Below are positions 32,501-48,970 of a stretch of DNA of 64,000 nt, piece by piece. A program made the translations under genes and the position numbers. The notes beneath the pieces were generated by a model. That model saw only the letters and a list, made by a program, of their open reading frames with translations, searched no databases and was not told where the DNA came from. How positions within the stretch are numbered: position 1 is the stretch's first letter; every line of letters starts with the position of its first letter. This DNA comes from Eledone cirrhosa. Its lineage: Eukaryota. The DNA lies in assembly GCA_964016885.1 (NCBI GenBank), contig OZ024743.1:50406001-50470000 (forward strand), read 5' to 3'.

Positions 32501-35500
32501 GAACCATTGAACTATTGAAGTATTGAACCATTGAACTATTGAACCATTGAACTATTGAACTATTGAAATATTGAACCATTGAACCATTGAACTATTGAAC
32601 CATTGAACCATTGAACTATTGAACCATTGAACTATTGAACCATTGAACCATTGAACTATTGAACCATTGAACTATTGAACCATTGAACCATTGAACCATT
32701 GAAGTATTGAACCATTGAACTATTGAACCATTGAACCATTGAACTATTGAACCATTGAACAATTAAACCATTGAACTATTGAACCATTGAACCATTGAAC
32801 AATTGAACCATTGAAGTATTGAACCATTGAACTATTGAACCATTGAACCATTGAACTATTGAACTATTGAAATATTGAACCATTGAACTATTGAACTATT
32901 GAACCATTGAACTATTGAACTATTGAACCATTGAACCATTGAACTATTGAACCATTGAACCATTGAACTATTGAACCATTGAACTATTGAACCTTTGAAC
33001 CATTGAACTATTGAACCATTGAACTATTGAACCATTGAACCATTGAACTATTGAACCATTGAACCATTGAACTATTGAACCATTGAACCATTGAACCATT
33101 GAACTATTGAACGATTGAAGTATTGAACCATTGAACTATTGAAGTATTGAACCATTGAACTATTGAACCATTGAAGTATTGAACCATTGAACTATTGAAC
33201 CATTGAACCATTGAACTATTGAACCATTGAACCATTGAACCATTGAACCATTGAACTATTGAACCATTGAACCATTGAACGATTGAAGTATTGAACTATT
33301 GAACCATTGAACCATTGAACCATTGAACTATTGAACGATTGAAGTATTGAACCATTGAACTATTGAAGTATTGAACCATTGAACTATTGAACCATTGAAC
33401 TATTGAACCATTGAAGTATTGAACCATTGAACCATTGAACCACTGAACTATTGAAGTATTGAACCATTGAACTATTGAAGTATTGAACTATTGAACTATT
33501 GAACTATTGAACCATTGAACCATTGAACCATTGAACTATTGAACCATTGAACCATTGAACTATTGAACTATTGAACCATTGAACTATTGAACCTTTGAAC
33601 CATTGAACTATTGAAATATTGAACGATTAAACCATTTAAACATTGAACCATTGAACTATTGAACCATTGAACCATTGAACTATTGAACCATTGAACCATT
33701 GAACTATTGAACCATTGAACCATTGAACCATTTAACTATTGAACGATTGAAGTATTGAACCATTGAACTATTGAAGTATTGAACCATTGAACTATTGAAC
33801 CATTGAACTATTGGACCATTGAAGTATTGAACCATTGAACCATTGAACCACTGAACTATTGAAGTATTGAACCATTGAACTATTGAAGTATTGAACTATT
33901 GAACTATTGAACTATTGAACCATTGAACCATTGAACCATTGAACTATTGAACCATTGAACTATTGAAGTATTGAACCATTGAACCATTGAACCACTGAAG
34001 TATAGAACCATTGAACTATTGAACTATTGAAAGATTGAACCATTGAACCATTGAACTATTGAAGTATTGAACCATTGAACTATTGAACCATTGAACTATT
34101 GAACAATTGAACTATTGAACCATTGAACCATTGAACTATTGAAGTATTGAACCATTGAACCATTGAACCACTGAAGTATAGAACCATTGAACTATTGAAC
34201 TATTGAAAGATTGAACCATTGAACCATTGAACTATTGAAGTATTGAACCATTGAACTATTGAACCATTGAACTATTGAACAATTGAACTATTGAACCATT
34301 GAACCATTGAACTATTGAAGTATTGAACCATTGAACCATTGAAGTATTGAACCATTGAACCATTGAACCACTGAACTATTGAAGTATTGAACCATTGAAC
34401 TATTGAAGTATTGAACCATTGAACCATTGAACCATTGAACTATTGAACCATTGAACTACTGAACTATTGAAACATTGAATCACTGAACTATTGAAGTATT
34501 GAACCATTGAACTATTGAAGTATTGAACCATTGAACCATTGAACTACTGAAGTATTGAACCATTGAACTATTGATCTATTGAAAGATTGAACCATTGAAC
34601 CATTGAACTATTGAAGTATTGAACCATTGAACTATTGAACCATTGAACTATTGAACCATTGAACTATTGAACCATTGAACCATTGAACTATTGAACCATT
34701 GAACTATTGAACTATTGAAGTATTGAACCATTGAACTATTGAACAATTGAACTATTGAACCATTGAACTATTGAACTATTGAACCATTGAACTATTGAAC
34801 CATTGAACCATTGAACTATTGAACCAGTGAACTATTGAACCATTGAACCATTGAACGATTGAAGTATTGAACCATTGAACTATTGAACCATTGAACCATT
34901 GAACTATTGAACCATTGAACCATTGAACGATTGAAGTATTGAACCATTGAACCATTGAACTATTGAACCATTGAACTATTGAACCATTGAACCATTGAAC
35001 TATTGAACCATTGAACCATTGAACTATTGAACCATTGAACCATGGAACTATTGAACCATTGAACCATTGAAGGATTGAAGTATTGAACCATTGAACCATT
35101 GAACTATTGAACCATTGAACCATTGAACTATTGAACCATTGAACCATTGAACGATTGAAGTATTGAACCATTGAACTATTGAACCATTGAAGTATTGAAC
35201 CATTGAACTATTGAACCATTGAACCATTGAACTATTGAACCATTGAACTATTGAACCTTTGAACCATTGAACTATTGAACCATTCAACTATTGAACGATT
35301 GAACCATTGAACGATTGAACCATTGAACTATTGAACCATTGAACCATTGAACCATTGAACCATTGAACCATTGAAGTATTGAACCATTGAACTATTGATG
35401 TATTGAACCATTGAACCATTGAACCATTGAACCATTGAACTATTGAACCATTGAACTATTGAACCATTGAACTATTGAACCATTGAACCATTGAACTATT

Positions 35501-38500
35501 GAACCATTGAACTATTGAACCTTTGAACCATTGAACTATTGAACCATTCAACTATTGAACGATTGAACCATTGAACGATTGAACCATTGAACTATTGAAC
35601 CATTGAACCATTGAACAATTGAAGTATTGAACCATTGAACTATTGAACCATTGAACCATTGAACTATTGAACCATTGAATCATTAAACCATTGAACTATT
35701 GAACTATTGAAATATTGAACCATTGAACTATTGAACTATTGAACCATTGAACTATTGAACTATTGAACTATTGAACTATTGAACCATTGAACAATTGAAC
35801 TATTGAACCATTGAACTATTGAACCATTGAACCATTGAACTATTGAACCATTGAACCATTGAACGATTGAAGTATTGAACCATTGAACCATTGAACTATT
35901 GAACCATTGAACTATTGAACCATTGAACCATTGAACTATTGAACCATTGAACCATTGAACTATTGAACCATTGAACCATTGAACTATTGAACCATTGAAC
36001 CATTGAACTATTGAACCATTGAACTATTGAACATTTGAACCATTGAACTATTGAACCATTGAACTATTGAACCATTGAACCATTGAACGATTGAAGTATT
36101 GAACTATTGAAGTATCTAACCATTGAACCATTGAACCATTGAACCATTGAACTATTGAACCATTGAACTATTGAACCATTGAACCATTGAACTATTGAAC
36201 CATTGAACCATTGAACTATTGAACCATTGAACCATTGAACCATTGAACTATTGAACGATTGAAGTATTGAACCATTGAACTATTGAAGTATTGAACAATT
36301 GAACTATTGAACCATTGAAGTATTGAACCATTGAACTATTGAACCATTGAACCATTGAACTATTGAACCATTGAACCATGGAACTATTGAACCATTGAAC
36401 CATTGAAGGATTGAAGTATTGAACCATTGAACCATTGAACTATTGAACCATTGAACTATTAAACCTTTGAACCATTGAACTATTGAACCATTGAACCATT
36501 GAACGATTGAAGTATTGAACCATTGAACTATTGAACCATTGAAGTATTGAACCATTGAACTATTGAACCATTGAACCATTGAACTATTGAACCATTGAAC
36601 TATTGAACCTTTGAACCATTGAACTATTGAACCATTCAACTATTGAACGATTGAACCATTGAACGATTGAACTATTGAACTATTGAACCATTGAACCATT
36701 GAACAATTGAAGTATTGAACCATTGAACTATTGATGTATTGAACCATTGAACCATTGAACCATTGAACCCTTGAACTATTGAACCATTGAACTATTGAAC
36801 CATTGAACCATTGAACTATTGAACCATTGAACCATTGAACTATTGAACCATTGAACCATTGAACCATTGAACTATTGAACGATTGAAGTATTGAACCATT
36901 GAACTATTTAAGTATTGAACCATTGAACCATTGAACCACTGAAGTATTGAACCATTGAACCATTGAACTATTGAACCATTGAACTATTGAACCATTGAAC
37001 CATTGAACTATTGAACCATTGAACCATTGAACTATTGAACCATTGAACCATGGAACTATTGAACCATTGAACCATTGAAGGATTGAAGTATTGAACCATT
37101 GAACCATTGAACTATTGAACCTTTGAACCATTGAACTATTGAACCATTGAACCATTGAACGATTGAAGTATTGAACCATTGAACTATTGAACCATTGAAG
37201 TATTGAACCATTGAACTATTGAACCATTGAACCATTGAACTATTGAACCATTGAACTATTGAACCTTTGAACCATTGAACTATTGAACCATTCAACTATT
37301 GAACGATTGAACCATTGAACGATTGAACCATTGAACTATTGAACCATTGAACCATTGAACCATTGAACCATTGAACCATTGAAGTATTGAACCATTGAAC
37401 TATTGATGTATTGAACCATTGAACCATTGAACCATTGAACCATTGAACTATTGAACCATTGAACTATTGAACCATTGAACCATTGAACTATTGAACCATT
37501 GAACCATTGAACTATTGAACCATTGAACCATTGAACCATTGAACTATTGAACGATTGAAGTATTGAACCATTGAACTATTGAAGTATTGAACCATTGAAC
37601 TATTGAACAATTGAAGTATTAAACCATTGAACTATTGAAGTATTGAACCATAGAACTATTGAACGATTGAAGTATTGAACCATCGAACTATTGAAGTACT
37701 GAACCATTGAACCATTGAACCATTGAAATATTGAACCATTGAAGTATTGAACCATTGAACCATTGAACCACTGACCTATTGAAGTATTGAACCATTGAAC
37801 TATTGAAGTATTGAACTATTGAACTATTGAACTATTGAACCATTGAACCATTGAACCATTGAACTATTGAACCATTGAACTATTGAACTATTGAACCATT
37901 GAACCACTGAAGTATTGAACCATTGAACTATTGAACTATTGAAAGATTGAACCATTGAACCATTGAACTATTGAAGTATTGAACCATTGAACTATTGAAA
38001 CATTAAACTATTGAACTATTGAAATATGGAACCATTGAACCATTGAACTATTGAACCATTGAACTATTGAACCTTTGAACCATTGAACGATTGAAGTATT
38101 GAACCATTGAAACATTGAACTATTGAACTATTGAACTATTGAAGTATTGAACCATTGAACTATTGAACCATTGAACTATTGAACCATTGAACTATTGAAC
38201 CATTGAACTATTGAACCATTGAACCATTGAACTATTGAACCATTGAACTATTGAACCATTGAACCATTGAACAATTGAAGTATTGAACCATTGAACTATT
38301 GAACCATTGAACCATTGAACTATTGAACCATTGAATCATTAAACCATTGAACTATTGAACTATTGAAATATTGAACCATTGAACTATTGAACTATTGAAC
38401 CATTGAACTATTGAACTATTGAACTATTGAACTATTGAACCATTGAACAATTGAACTATTGAACCATTGAACTATTGAACCATTGAACCATTGAACTATT

Positions 38501-40519
38501 GAACCATTGAACCATTGAACGATTGAAGTATTGAACCATTGAACCATTGAACTATTGAACCATTGAACTATTGAACCATTGAACCATTGAACTATTGAAC
38601 CATTGAACCATTGAACTATTGAACCATTGAACCATTGAACTATTGAACCATTGAACCATTGAACTATTGAACCATTGAACTATTGAACATTTGAACCATT
38701 GAACTATTGAACCATTGAACTATTGAACCATTGAACCATTGAACGATTGAAGTATTGAACTATTGAAGTATCTAACCATTGAACCATTGAACCTTTGAAC
38801 CATTGAACTATTGAACCATTGAACTATTGAACCATTGAACCATTGAACTATTGAACCATTGAACCATTGAACTATTGAACCATTGAACCATTGAACCATT
38901 GAACTATTGAACGATTGAAGTATTGAACCATTGAACTATTGAAGTATTGAACAATTGAACTATTGAACCATTGAAGTATTGAACCATTGAACTATTGAAC
39001 CATTGAACCATTGAACTATTGAACCATTGAACCATGGAACTATTGAACCATTGAACCATTGAAGGATTGAAGTATTGAACCATTGAACCATTGAACTATT
39101 GAACCATTGAACTATTGAACCTTTGAACCATTGAACTATTGAACCATTGAACCATTGAACGATTGAAGTATTGAACCATTGAACTATTGAACCATTGAAG
39201 TATTGAACCATTGAACTATTGAACCATTGAACCATTGAACTATTGAACCATTGAACTATTGAACCTTTGAACCATTGAACTATTGAACCATTCAACTATT
39301 GAACGATTGAACCATTGAACGATTGAACTATTGAACTATTGAACCATTGAACCATTGAACAATTGAAGTATTGAACCATTGAACTATTGATGTATTGAAC
39401 CATTGAACCATTGAACCATTGAACCCTTGAACTATTGAACCATTGAACTATTGAACCATTGAACCATTGAACTATTGAACCATTGAACCATTGAACTATT
39501 GAACCATTGAACCATTGAACCATTGAACTATTGAACGATTGAAGTATTGAACCATTGAACTATTTAAGTATTGAACCATTGAACCATTGAACCACTGAAG
39601 TATTGAACCATTGAACTATTGAACTATTGAAAGATTGAACCATTGAACCATTGAACTATTGAAGTATTGAACCATTGAACTATTGAAACATTAAACTATT
39701 GAACTATTGAAATATGGAACCATTGAACCATTGAACTATTGAACCATTGAACTATTGAACCTTTGAACCATTGAACGATTGAAGTATTGAACCATTGAAA
39801 CATTGAACTATTGAACTATTGAACTATTGAAGTATTGAACCATTGAACTATTGAACCATTGAACTATTGAACCATTGAACTATTGAACCATTGAACTATT
39901 GAACCATTGAACCATTGAAATATTGAACCATTGAACTATTGAACCATTGAACCATTGAACAATTGAAGTATTGAACCATTGAACTATTGAACCATTGAAC
40001 CATTGAACTATTGAACCATTGAATCATTAAACCATTGAACTATTGAACTATTGAAATATTGAACCATTGAACTATTGAACTATTGAACCATTGAACTATT
40101 GAACTATTGAACTATTGAACTATTGAACCATTGAACAATTGAACTATTGAACCATTGAACTATTGAACCATTGAACCATTGAACTATTGAACCATTGAAC
40201 CATTGAACGATTGAAGTATTGAACCATTGAACCATTGAACTATTGAACCATTGAACTATTGAACCATTGAACCATTGAACTATTGAACCATTGAACCATT
40301 GAACTATTGAACCATTGAACCATTGAACTATTGAACCATTGAACCATTGAACTATTGAACCATTGAACTATTGAACATTTGAACCATTGAACTATTGAAC
40401 CATTGAACTATTGAACCATTGAACCATTGAACGATTGAAGTATTGAACTATTGAAGTATCTAACCATTGAACCATTGAACCATTGAACCATTGAACTATT
40501 GAACCATTGAACTATTGAA

Positions 40520-43500
40520 CCATTGAACCATTGAACTATTGAACCATTGAACCATTGAACCATTGAACTATTGAACGATTGAAGTATTGAACCATTGAAC
40601 TATTGAAGTATTGAACAATTGAACTATTGAACCATTGAAGTATTGAACCATTGAACTATTGAACCATTGAACCATTGAACTATTGAACCATTGAACCATG
40701 GAACTATTGAACCATTGAACCATTGAAGGATTGAAGTATTGAACCATTGAACCATTGAACTATTGAACCATTGAACTATTGAACCTTTGAACCATTGAAC
40801 TATTGAACCATTGAACCATTGAACGATTGAAGTATTGAACCATTGAACTATTGAACCATTGAAGTATTGAACCATTGAACTATTGAACCATTGAACCATT
40901 GAACTATTGAACCATTGAACTATTGAACCTTTGAACCATTGAACTATTGAACCATTCAACTATTGAACGATTGAACCATTGAACGATTGAACTATTGAAC
41001 TATTGAACCATTGAACCATTGAACAATTGAAGTATTGAACCATTGAACTATTGATGTATTGAACCATTGAACCATTGAACCATTGAACCCTTGAACTATT
41101 GAACCATTGAACTATTGAACCATTGAACCATTGAACTATTGAACCATTGAACCATTGAACCATTGAACTATTGAACCATTGAACCATTGAACCATTGAAC
41201 TATTGAACGATTGAAGTATTGAACCATTGAACTATTGAAGTATTGAACCATTGAACTATTGAACGATTGAAGTATTGAACCATTGAACTATTGAAGTATT
41301 GAACCATTGAACTATTGAACGATTGAAGTATTGAACCATCGAACTATTGATGTACTGAACCATTGAACCATTGAACCATTGAACTATTGAACCATTGAAG
41401 TATTGAACCATTGAACCATTGAACCACTGACCTATTGAAGTATTGAACCATTGAACTATTGAAGTATTGAACTATTGAACTATTGAACTATTGAACCATT
41501 GAACCATTGAACCATTGAACTATTGAACCATTGAACTATTGAACTATTGAACCATTGAACCACTGAACTATTGAAGTATTGAACCATTGAACTATTTAAG
41601 TATTGAACCATTGAACTATTGTACCATTGAACCATTGAACGATTGAAGTATTGAACCATTGAACTATTGAACTATTGAAAGATTGAACCATTGAACCATT
41701 GAACTATTGAAGTATTGAACCATTGAACTATTGAAACATTAAACTATTGAACTATTGAAATATTGAACCATTGAACCATTGAACTATTGAACCATTGAAC
41801 TATTGAACCTTTGAACCATTGAACGATTGAAGTATTGAACCATTGAACCATTCAACTATTGAACTATTGAACTATTGAAGTATTGAACGATTGAACTATT
41901 GAATCATTGAACTATTGAACCATTGAACCATTGAACTATTGAACCATTGAACTATTGTACCATTGAACCATTGAACGATTGAAGTATTGAACCATTGAAC
42001 TATTGAACCATTGAACCATTGAACTATTGTACCATTGAATCATTAAACCATTGAACTATTGAACTATTGAAATATTGAACCATTGAACTATTGAACTATT
42101 GAACCATTGAACTATTGAACTATTGAACTATTGAACTATTGAACCATTGAAGAATTGAACTATTGAACCATTGAACTATTGAACCATTGAACCATTGAAC
42201 TATTGAACCATTGAACCATTGAACGATTGAAGTATTGAACCATTGAACCATTGAACTATTGAACCATTGAACTATTGAACCATTGAACCATTGAACTATT
42301 GAACCATTGAACCATTGAACTATTGAACCATTGAACCATTAAACTATTGAACCATTGAACCATTGAACTATTGAACCATTGAACTATTGAACCTTTGAAC
42401 CATTGAACTATTGAACCATTGAACTATTGAACCATTGAACCATTGAACGATTGAAGTATTGAACTATTGAAGTATCTAACCATTGAACCATTGAACCATT
42501 GAACCATTGAACTATTGAAACCATTGAACTATTAAACCATTGAACGATTGAACTATTGAACCATTGAACCATTGAACTATTGAACCATTGAACCATTGAA
42601 CCATTGAACTATTGAACGATTGAAGTATTGAACCATCGAACTATTGAAGTACTGAACCATTGAACCATTGAACCATTGAACCATTGAAATATTGAACCAT
42701 TGAAGTATTGAACCATTGAACCATTGAACCACTGACCTATTGAAGTATTGAACCATTGAACTATTGAAGTATTGAACTATTGAACTATTGAACTATTGAA
42801 CCATTGAACCATTGAACCATTGAACTATTGAACCATTGAACTATTGAACTATTGAACCATTGAACCACTGAAGTATTGAAGTATTGAACCATTGAACTAT
42901 TTAAGTATTGAACCATTGAACCATTGAACCACTGAAGTATTGAACCATTGAACTATTGAACTATTGAAAGATTGAACCATTGAACCATTGAACTATTGAA
43001 GTATTGAACCATTGAACTATTGAAACATTAAACTATTGAACTATTGAAATATGGAACCATTGAACCATTGAACTATTGAACCATTGAACTATTGAACCTT
43101 TGAACCATTGAACGATTGAAGTATTGAACCATTGAAACATTGAACTATTGAACTATTGAACTATTGAAGTATTGAACCATTGAACTATTGAACCATTGAA
43201 CTATTGAACCATTGAACTATTGAACCATTGAACTATTGAACCATTGAACCATTGAACTATTGAACCATTGAACTATTGAACCATTGAACCATTGAACAAT
43301 TGAAGTATTGAACCATTGAACTATTGAACCATTGAACCATTGAACTATTGAACCATTGAATCATTAAACCATTGAACTATTGAACTATTGAAATATTGAA
43401 CCATTGAACTATTGAACTATTGAACCATTGAACTATTGAACTATTGAACTATTGAACTATTGAACCATTGAACAATTGAACTATTGAACCATTGAACTAT

Positions 43501-46500
43501 TGAACCATTGAACCATTGAACCATTGAACAATTGAACTATTGAACCATTGAACCACTGAACTATTGAAGTATTGAACCATTGAACTATTGAAGTATTGAA
43601 CCATTGAACCATTGAACCACTGAAGTATTGAACCATTTAACTATTGAACTATTGAAAGATTGAACCATTGAACCATTGAACTATTGAAGTATTGAACCAT
43701 TGAACTATTGAACCATTGAACTATTGAACTATTGAAATATTGAACCATTGAACCATTGAACTATTGAACCATTGAACCATTGAACTATTGAACCATTTAA
43801 CTATTGAACTATTGAAGTATTGAACCATTGAACTATTGAACCATTGAACTATTGAACCATTGAACTATTGAACCATTGAACTATTGAACCATTGAACCAT
43901 TGAACTATTGAACCATTGAACTATTGAACCATTGAACCATTGAACCATTGAAGTATTGAACCATTGAACTATTGAACCATTGAACCATTGAACTATTGAA
44001 CCATTGAACAATTAAACCATTGAACTATTGAACCATTGAACCATTGAACTATTGAACCATTGAACTATTGAACCATTGAACCATTGAACCATTGAAGTAT
44101 TGAACCATTGAACTATTGAACCATTGAACCATTGAACTATTGAACTATTGAAATATTGAACCATTGAACTATTGAACTATTGAACCATTGAACTATTGAA
44201 CTATTGAAACATTGAACCATTGAACTATTGAACCATTGAACCATTGAACTATTGAACCATTGAACTATTGAACCTTTGAACCATTGAACTATTGAACCAT
44301 TGAACTATTGAACCATTGAACCATTGAACTATTGAACCATTGAACCATTGAACTATTGAACCATTGAACCATTGAACTATTGAACCATTGAACCATTGAA
44401 CCATTGAACTATTGAACGATTGAAGTATTGAACCATTGAACTATTGAAGTATTGAACAATTGAACTATTGAACCATTGAAGTATTGAACCATTGAACTAT
44501 TGAACCATTGAACCATTGAACTATTGAACCATTGAACCATGGAACTATTGAACCATTGAACCATTGAAGGATTGAAGTATTGAACCATTTAACCATTGAA
44601 CTATTGAACCATTGAACTATTGAACCTTTGAACCATTGAACTATTGAACCATTGAACCATTGAACGATTGAAGTATTGAACCATTGAACTATTGAACCAT
44701 TGAAGTATTGAACCATTGAACTATTGAACCATTGAACCATTGAACTATTGAACCATTGAACTATTGAACCTTTGAACCATTGAACTATTGAACCATTCAA
44801 CTATTGAACGATTGAACCATTGAACGATTGAACTATTGAACTATTGAACCATTGAACCATTGAACAATTGAAGTATTGAACCATTGAACTATTGATGTAT
44901 TGAACCATTGAACCATTGAACCATTGAACCCTTGAACTATTGAACCATTGAACTATTGAACCATTGAACCATTGAACTATTGAACCATTGAACCATTGAA
45001 CCATTGAACTATTGAACCATTGAACCATTGAACCATTGAACTATTGAACGATTGAAGTATTGAACCATTGAACTATTGAAGTATTGAACCATTGAACTAT
45101 TGAACGATTGAAGTATTGAACCATTGAACTATTGAAGTATTGAACCATTGAACTATTGAACGATTGAAGTATTGAACCATCGAACTATTGATGTACTGAA
45201 CCATTGAACCATTGAACCATTGAACTATTGAACCATTGAAGTATTGAACCATTGAACCATTGAACCACTGACCTATTGAAGTATTGAACCATTGAACTAT
45301 TGAAGTATTGAACTATTGAACTATTGAACTATTGAACCATTGAACCATTGAACCATTGAACTATTGAAACATTGAACTATTGAACTATTGAACCATTGAA
45401 CCACTGAACTATTGAAGTATTGAACCATTGAACTATTTAAGTATTGAACCATTGAACCATTGAACCACTGAAGTATTGAACCATTGAACTATTGAACTAT
45501 TGAAAGATTGAACCATTGAACCATTGAACTATTGAAGTATTGAACCATTGAACTATTGAAACATTAAACTATTGAACTATTGAAATATTGAACCATTGAA
45601 CCATTGAACTATTGAACCATTGAACTATTGAACCTTTGAACCATTGAACGATTGAAGTATTGAACCATTGAACCATTCAACTATTGAACTATTGAACTAT
45701 TGAAGTATTGAACGATTGAACTATTGAATCATTGAACTATTGAACCATTGAACCATTGAACTATTGAACCATTGAACTATTGTACCATTGAACCATTGAA
45801 CGATTGAAGTATTGAACCATTGAACTATTGAACCATTGAACCATTGAACTATTGTACCATTGAATCATTAAACCATTGAACTATTGAACTATTGAAATAT
45901 TGAACCATTGAACTATTGAACTATTGAACCATTGAACTATTGAACTATTGAACTATTGAACTATTGAACCATTGAAGAATTGAACTATTGAACCATTGAA
46001 CTATTGAACCATTGAACCATTGAACTATTGAACCATTGAACCATTGAACGATTGAAGTATTGAACCATTGAACCATTGAACTATTGAACCATTGAACTAT
46101 TGAACCATTGAACCATTGAACTATTGAACCATTGAACCATTGAACTATTGAACCATTGAACCATTAAACTATTGAACCATTGAACCATTGAACTATTGAA
46201 CCATTGAACTATTGAACCTTTGAACCATTGAACTATTGAACCATTGAACTATTGAACCATTGAACCATTGAACGATTGAAGTATTGAACTATTGAAGTAT
46301 CTAACCATTGAACCATTGAACCATTGAACCATTGAACTATTGAAACCATTGAACTATTAAACCATTGAACGATTGAACTATTGAACCATTGAACCATTGA
46401 ACTATTGAACCATTGAACCATTGAACCATTGAACTATTGAACGATTGAAGTATTGAACCATCGAACTATTGAAGTACTGAACCATTGAACCATTGAACCA

Positions 46501-48200
46501 TTGAACCATTGAAATATTGAACCATTGAAGTATTGAACCATTGAACCATTGAACCACTGACCTATTGAAGTATTGAACCATTGAACTATTGAAGTATTGA
46601 ACTATTGAACTATTGAACTATTGAACCATTGAACCATTGAACCATTGAACTATTGAACCATTGAACTATTGAACTATTGAACCATTGAACCACTGAAGTA
46701 TTGAAGTATTGAACCATTGAACTATTTAAGTATTGAACCATTGAACCATTGAACCACTGAAGTATTGAACCATTGAACTATTGAACTATTGAAAGATTGA
46801 ACCATTGAACCATTGAACTATTGAAGTATTGAACCATTGAACTATTGAAACATTAAACTATTGAACTATTGAAATATGGAACCATTGAACCATTGAACTA
46901 TTGAACCATTGAACTATTGAACCTTTGAACCATTGAACGATTGAAGTATTGAACCATTGAAACATTGAACTATTGAACTATTGAACTATTGAAGTATTGA
47001 ACCATTGAACTATTGAACCATTGAACTATTGAACCATTGAACTATTGAACCATTGAACTATTGAACCATTGAACCATTGAACTATTGAACCATTGAACTA
47101 TTGAACCATTGAACCATTGAACAATTGAAGTATTGAACCATTGAACTATTGAACCATTGAACCATTGAACTATTGAACCATTGAATCATTAAACCATTGA
47201 ACTATTGAACTATTGAAATATTGAACCATTGAACTATTGAACTATTGAACCATTGAACTATTGAACTATTGAACTATTGAACTATTGAACCATTGAACAA
47301 TTGAACTATTGAACCATTGAACTATTGAACCATTGAACCATTGAACCATTGAACAATTGAACTATTGAACCATTGAACCACTGAACTATTGAAGTATTGA
47401 ACCATTGAACTATTGAAGTATTGAACCATTGAACCATTGAACCACTGAAGTATTGAACCATTTAACTATTGAACTATTGAAAGATTGAACCATTGAACCA
47501 TTGAACTATTGAAGTATTGAACCATTGAACTATTGAACCATTGAACTATTGAACTATTGAAATATTGAACCATTGAACCATTGAACTATTGAACCATTGA
47601 ACCATTGAACTATTGAACCATTTAACTATTGAACTATTGAAGTATTGAACCATTGAACTATTGAACCATTGAACTATTGAACCATTGAACTATTGAACCA
47701 TTGAACTATTGAACCATTGAACCATTGAACTATTGAACCATTGAACTATTGAACCATTGAACCATTGAACCATTGAAGTATTGAACCATTGAACTATTGA
47801 ACCATTGAACCATTGAACTATTGAACCATTGAACAATTAAACCATTGAACTATTGAACCATTGAACCATTGAACTATTGAACCATTGAACTATTGAACCA
47901 TTGAACCATTGAACCATTGAAGTATTGAACCATTGAACTATTGAACCATTGAACCATTGAACTATTGAACTATTGAAATATTGAACCATTGAACTATTGA
48001 ACTATTGAACCATTGAACTATTGAACTATTGAAACATTGAACCATTGAACTATTGAACCATTGAACCATTGAACTATTGAACCATTGAACTATTGAACCT
48101 TTGAACCATTGAACTATTGAACCATTGAACTATTGAACCATTGAACCATTGAACTATTGAACCATTGAACCATTGAACTATTGAACCATTGAACCATTGA
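40520..48200 (+). repeat. Tandem duplication, period ~3.83-3.84 kb, nested in the 14.8-kb copy
   Basis: ORF pairs 40624/44465 and 40960/44801 are offset by 3,841, and 42408/46233 by 3,825. The +A insertion occurs at 42520/46345 and AGTACT at 42648/46473. Confidence 0.87.
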
Positions 48201-48970
48201 ACCATTGAACTATTGAACGATTGAAGTATTGAACCATTGAACTATTGAAGTATTGAACCATTGAACTATTGAACCATTGAAGTATTGAACCATTGAACTA
48301 TTGAACAATTGAACCATTGAACTATTGAACCATTGAACCATTGACCCATTGAACCATTGAACTATTGAACCATTGAACCATTGAACGATTGAAGTATTGA
48401 ACTATTGAACCATTGAACCATTGAACCATTGAACTATTGAACGATTGAAGTATTGAACCATTGAACTATTGAAGTATTGAACCATTGAACTATTGAACCA
48501 TTGAACTATTGAACCATTGAAGTATTGAACCATTGAACCATTGAACCACTGAACTATTGAAGTATTGAACCATTGAACTATTGAAGTATTGAACTATTGA
48601 ACTATTGAACTATTGAACCATTGAACCATTGAACCATTGAACTATTGAAACATTGAACCATTGAACTATTGAACTATTGAACCATTGAACTATTGAACCT
48701 TTGAACCATTGAACTATTGAAATATTGAACCATTGAACCATTTAAACATTGAACCATTGAACTATTGAACCATTGAACCATTGAACTATTGAACCATTGA
48801 ACCATTGAACTATTGAACCATTGAACCATTGAACTATTGAACCATTGAACTATTGAACTATTGAACTATTGAACCATTGAACTATTGAACCATTGAACTA
48901 TTGAACCATTGAACCATTGAACTATTGAACCATTGAACTATTAAACCATTGAACCATTGAACTATTGAAC

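Larger units (their letters stand above)
16657..44350 (+). repeat. Near-identical tandem duplication, period ~14.7-14.8 kb (junction ~31,450)
   Basis: Offsets are 14,793 (17362/32155, 19983/34776, 21511/36304), then 14,697 (21943/36640 to 24599/39296), 14,673 (25951/40624) and 14,689 (27719/42408). Both copies share the +A insertion at 27831/42520. Confidence 0.9.
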
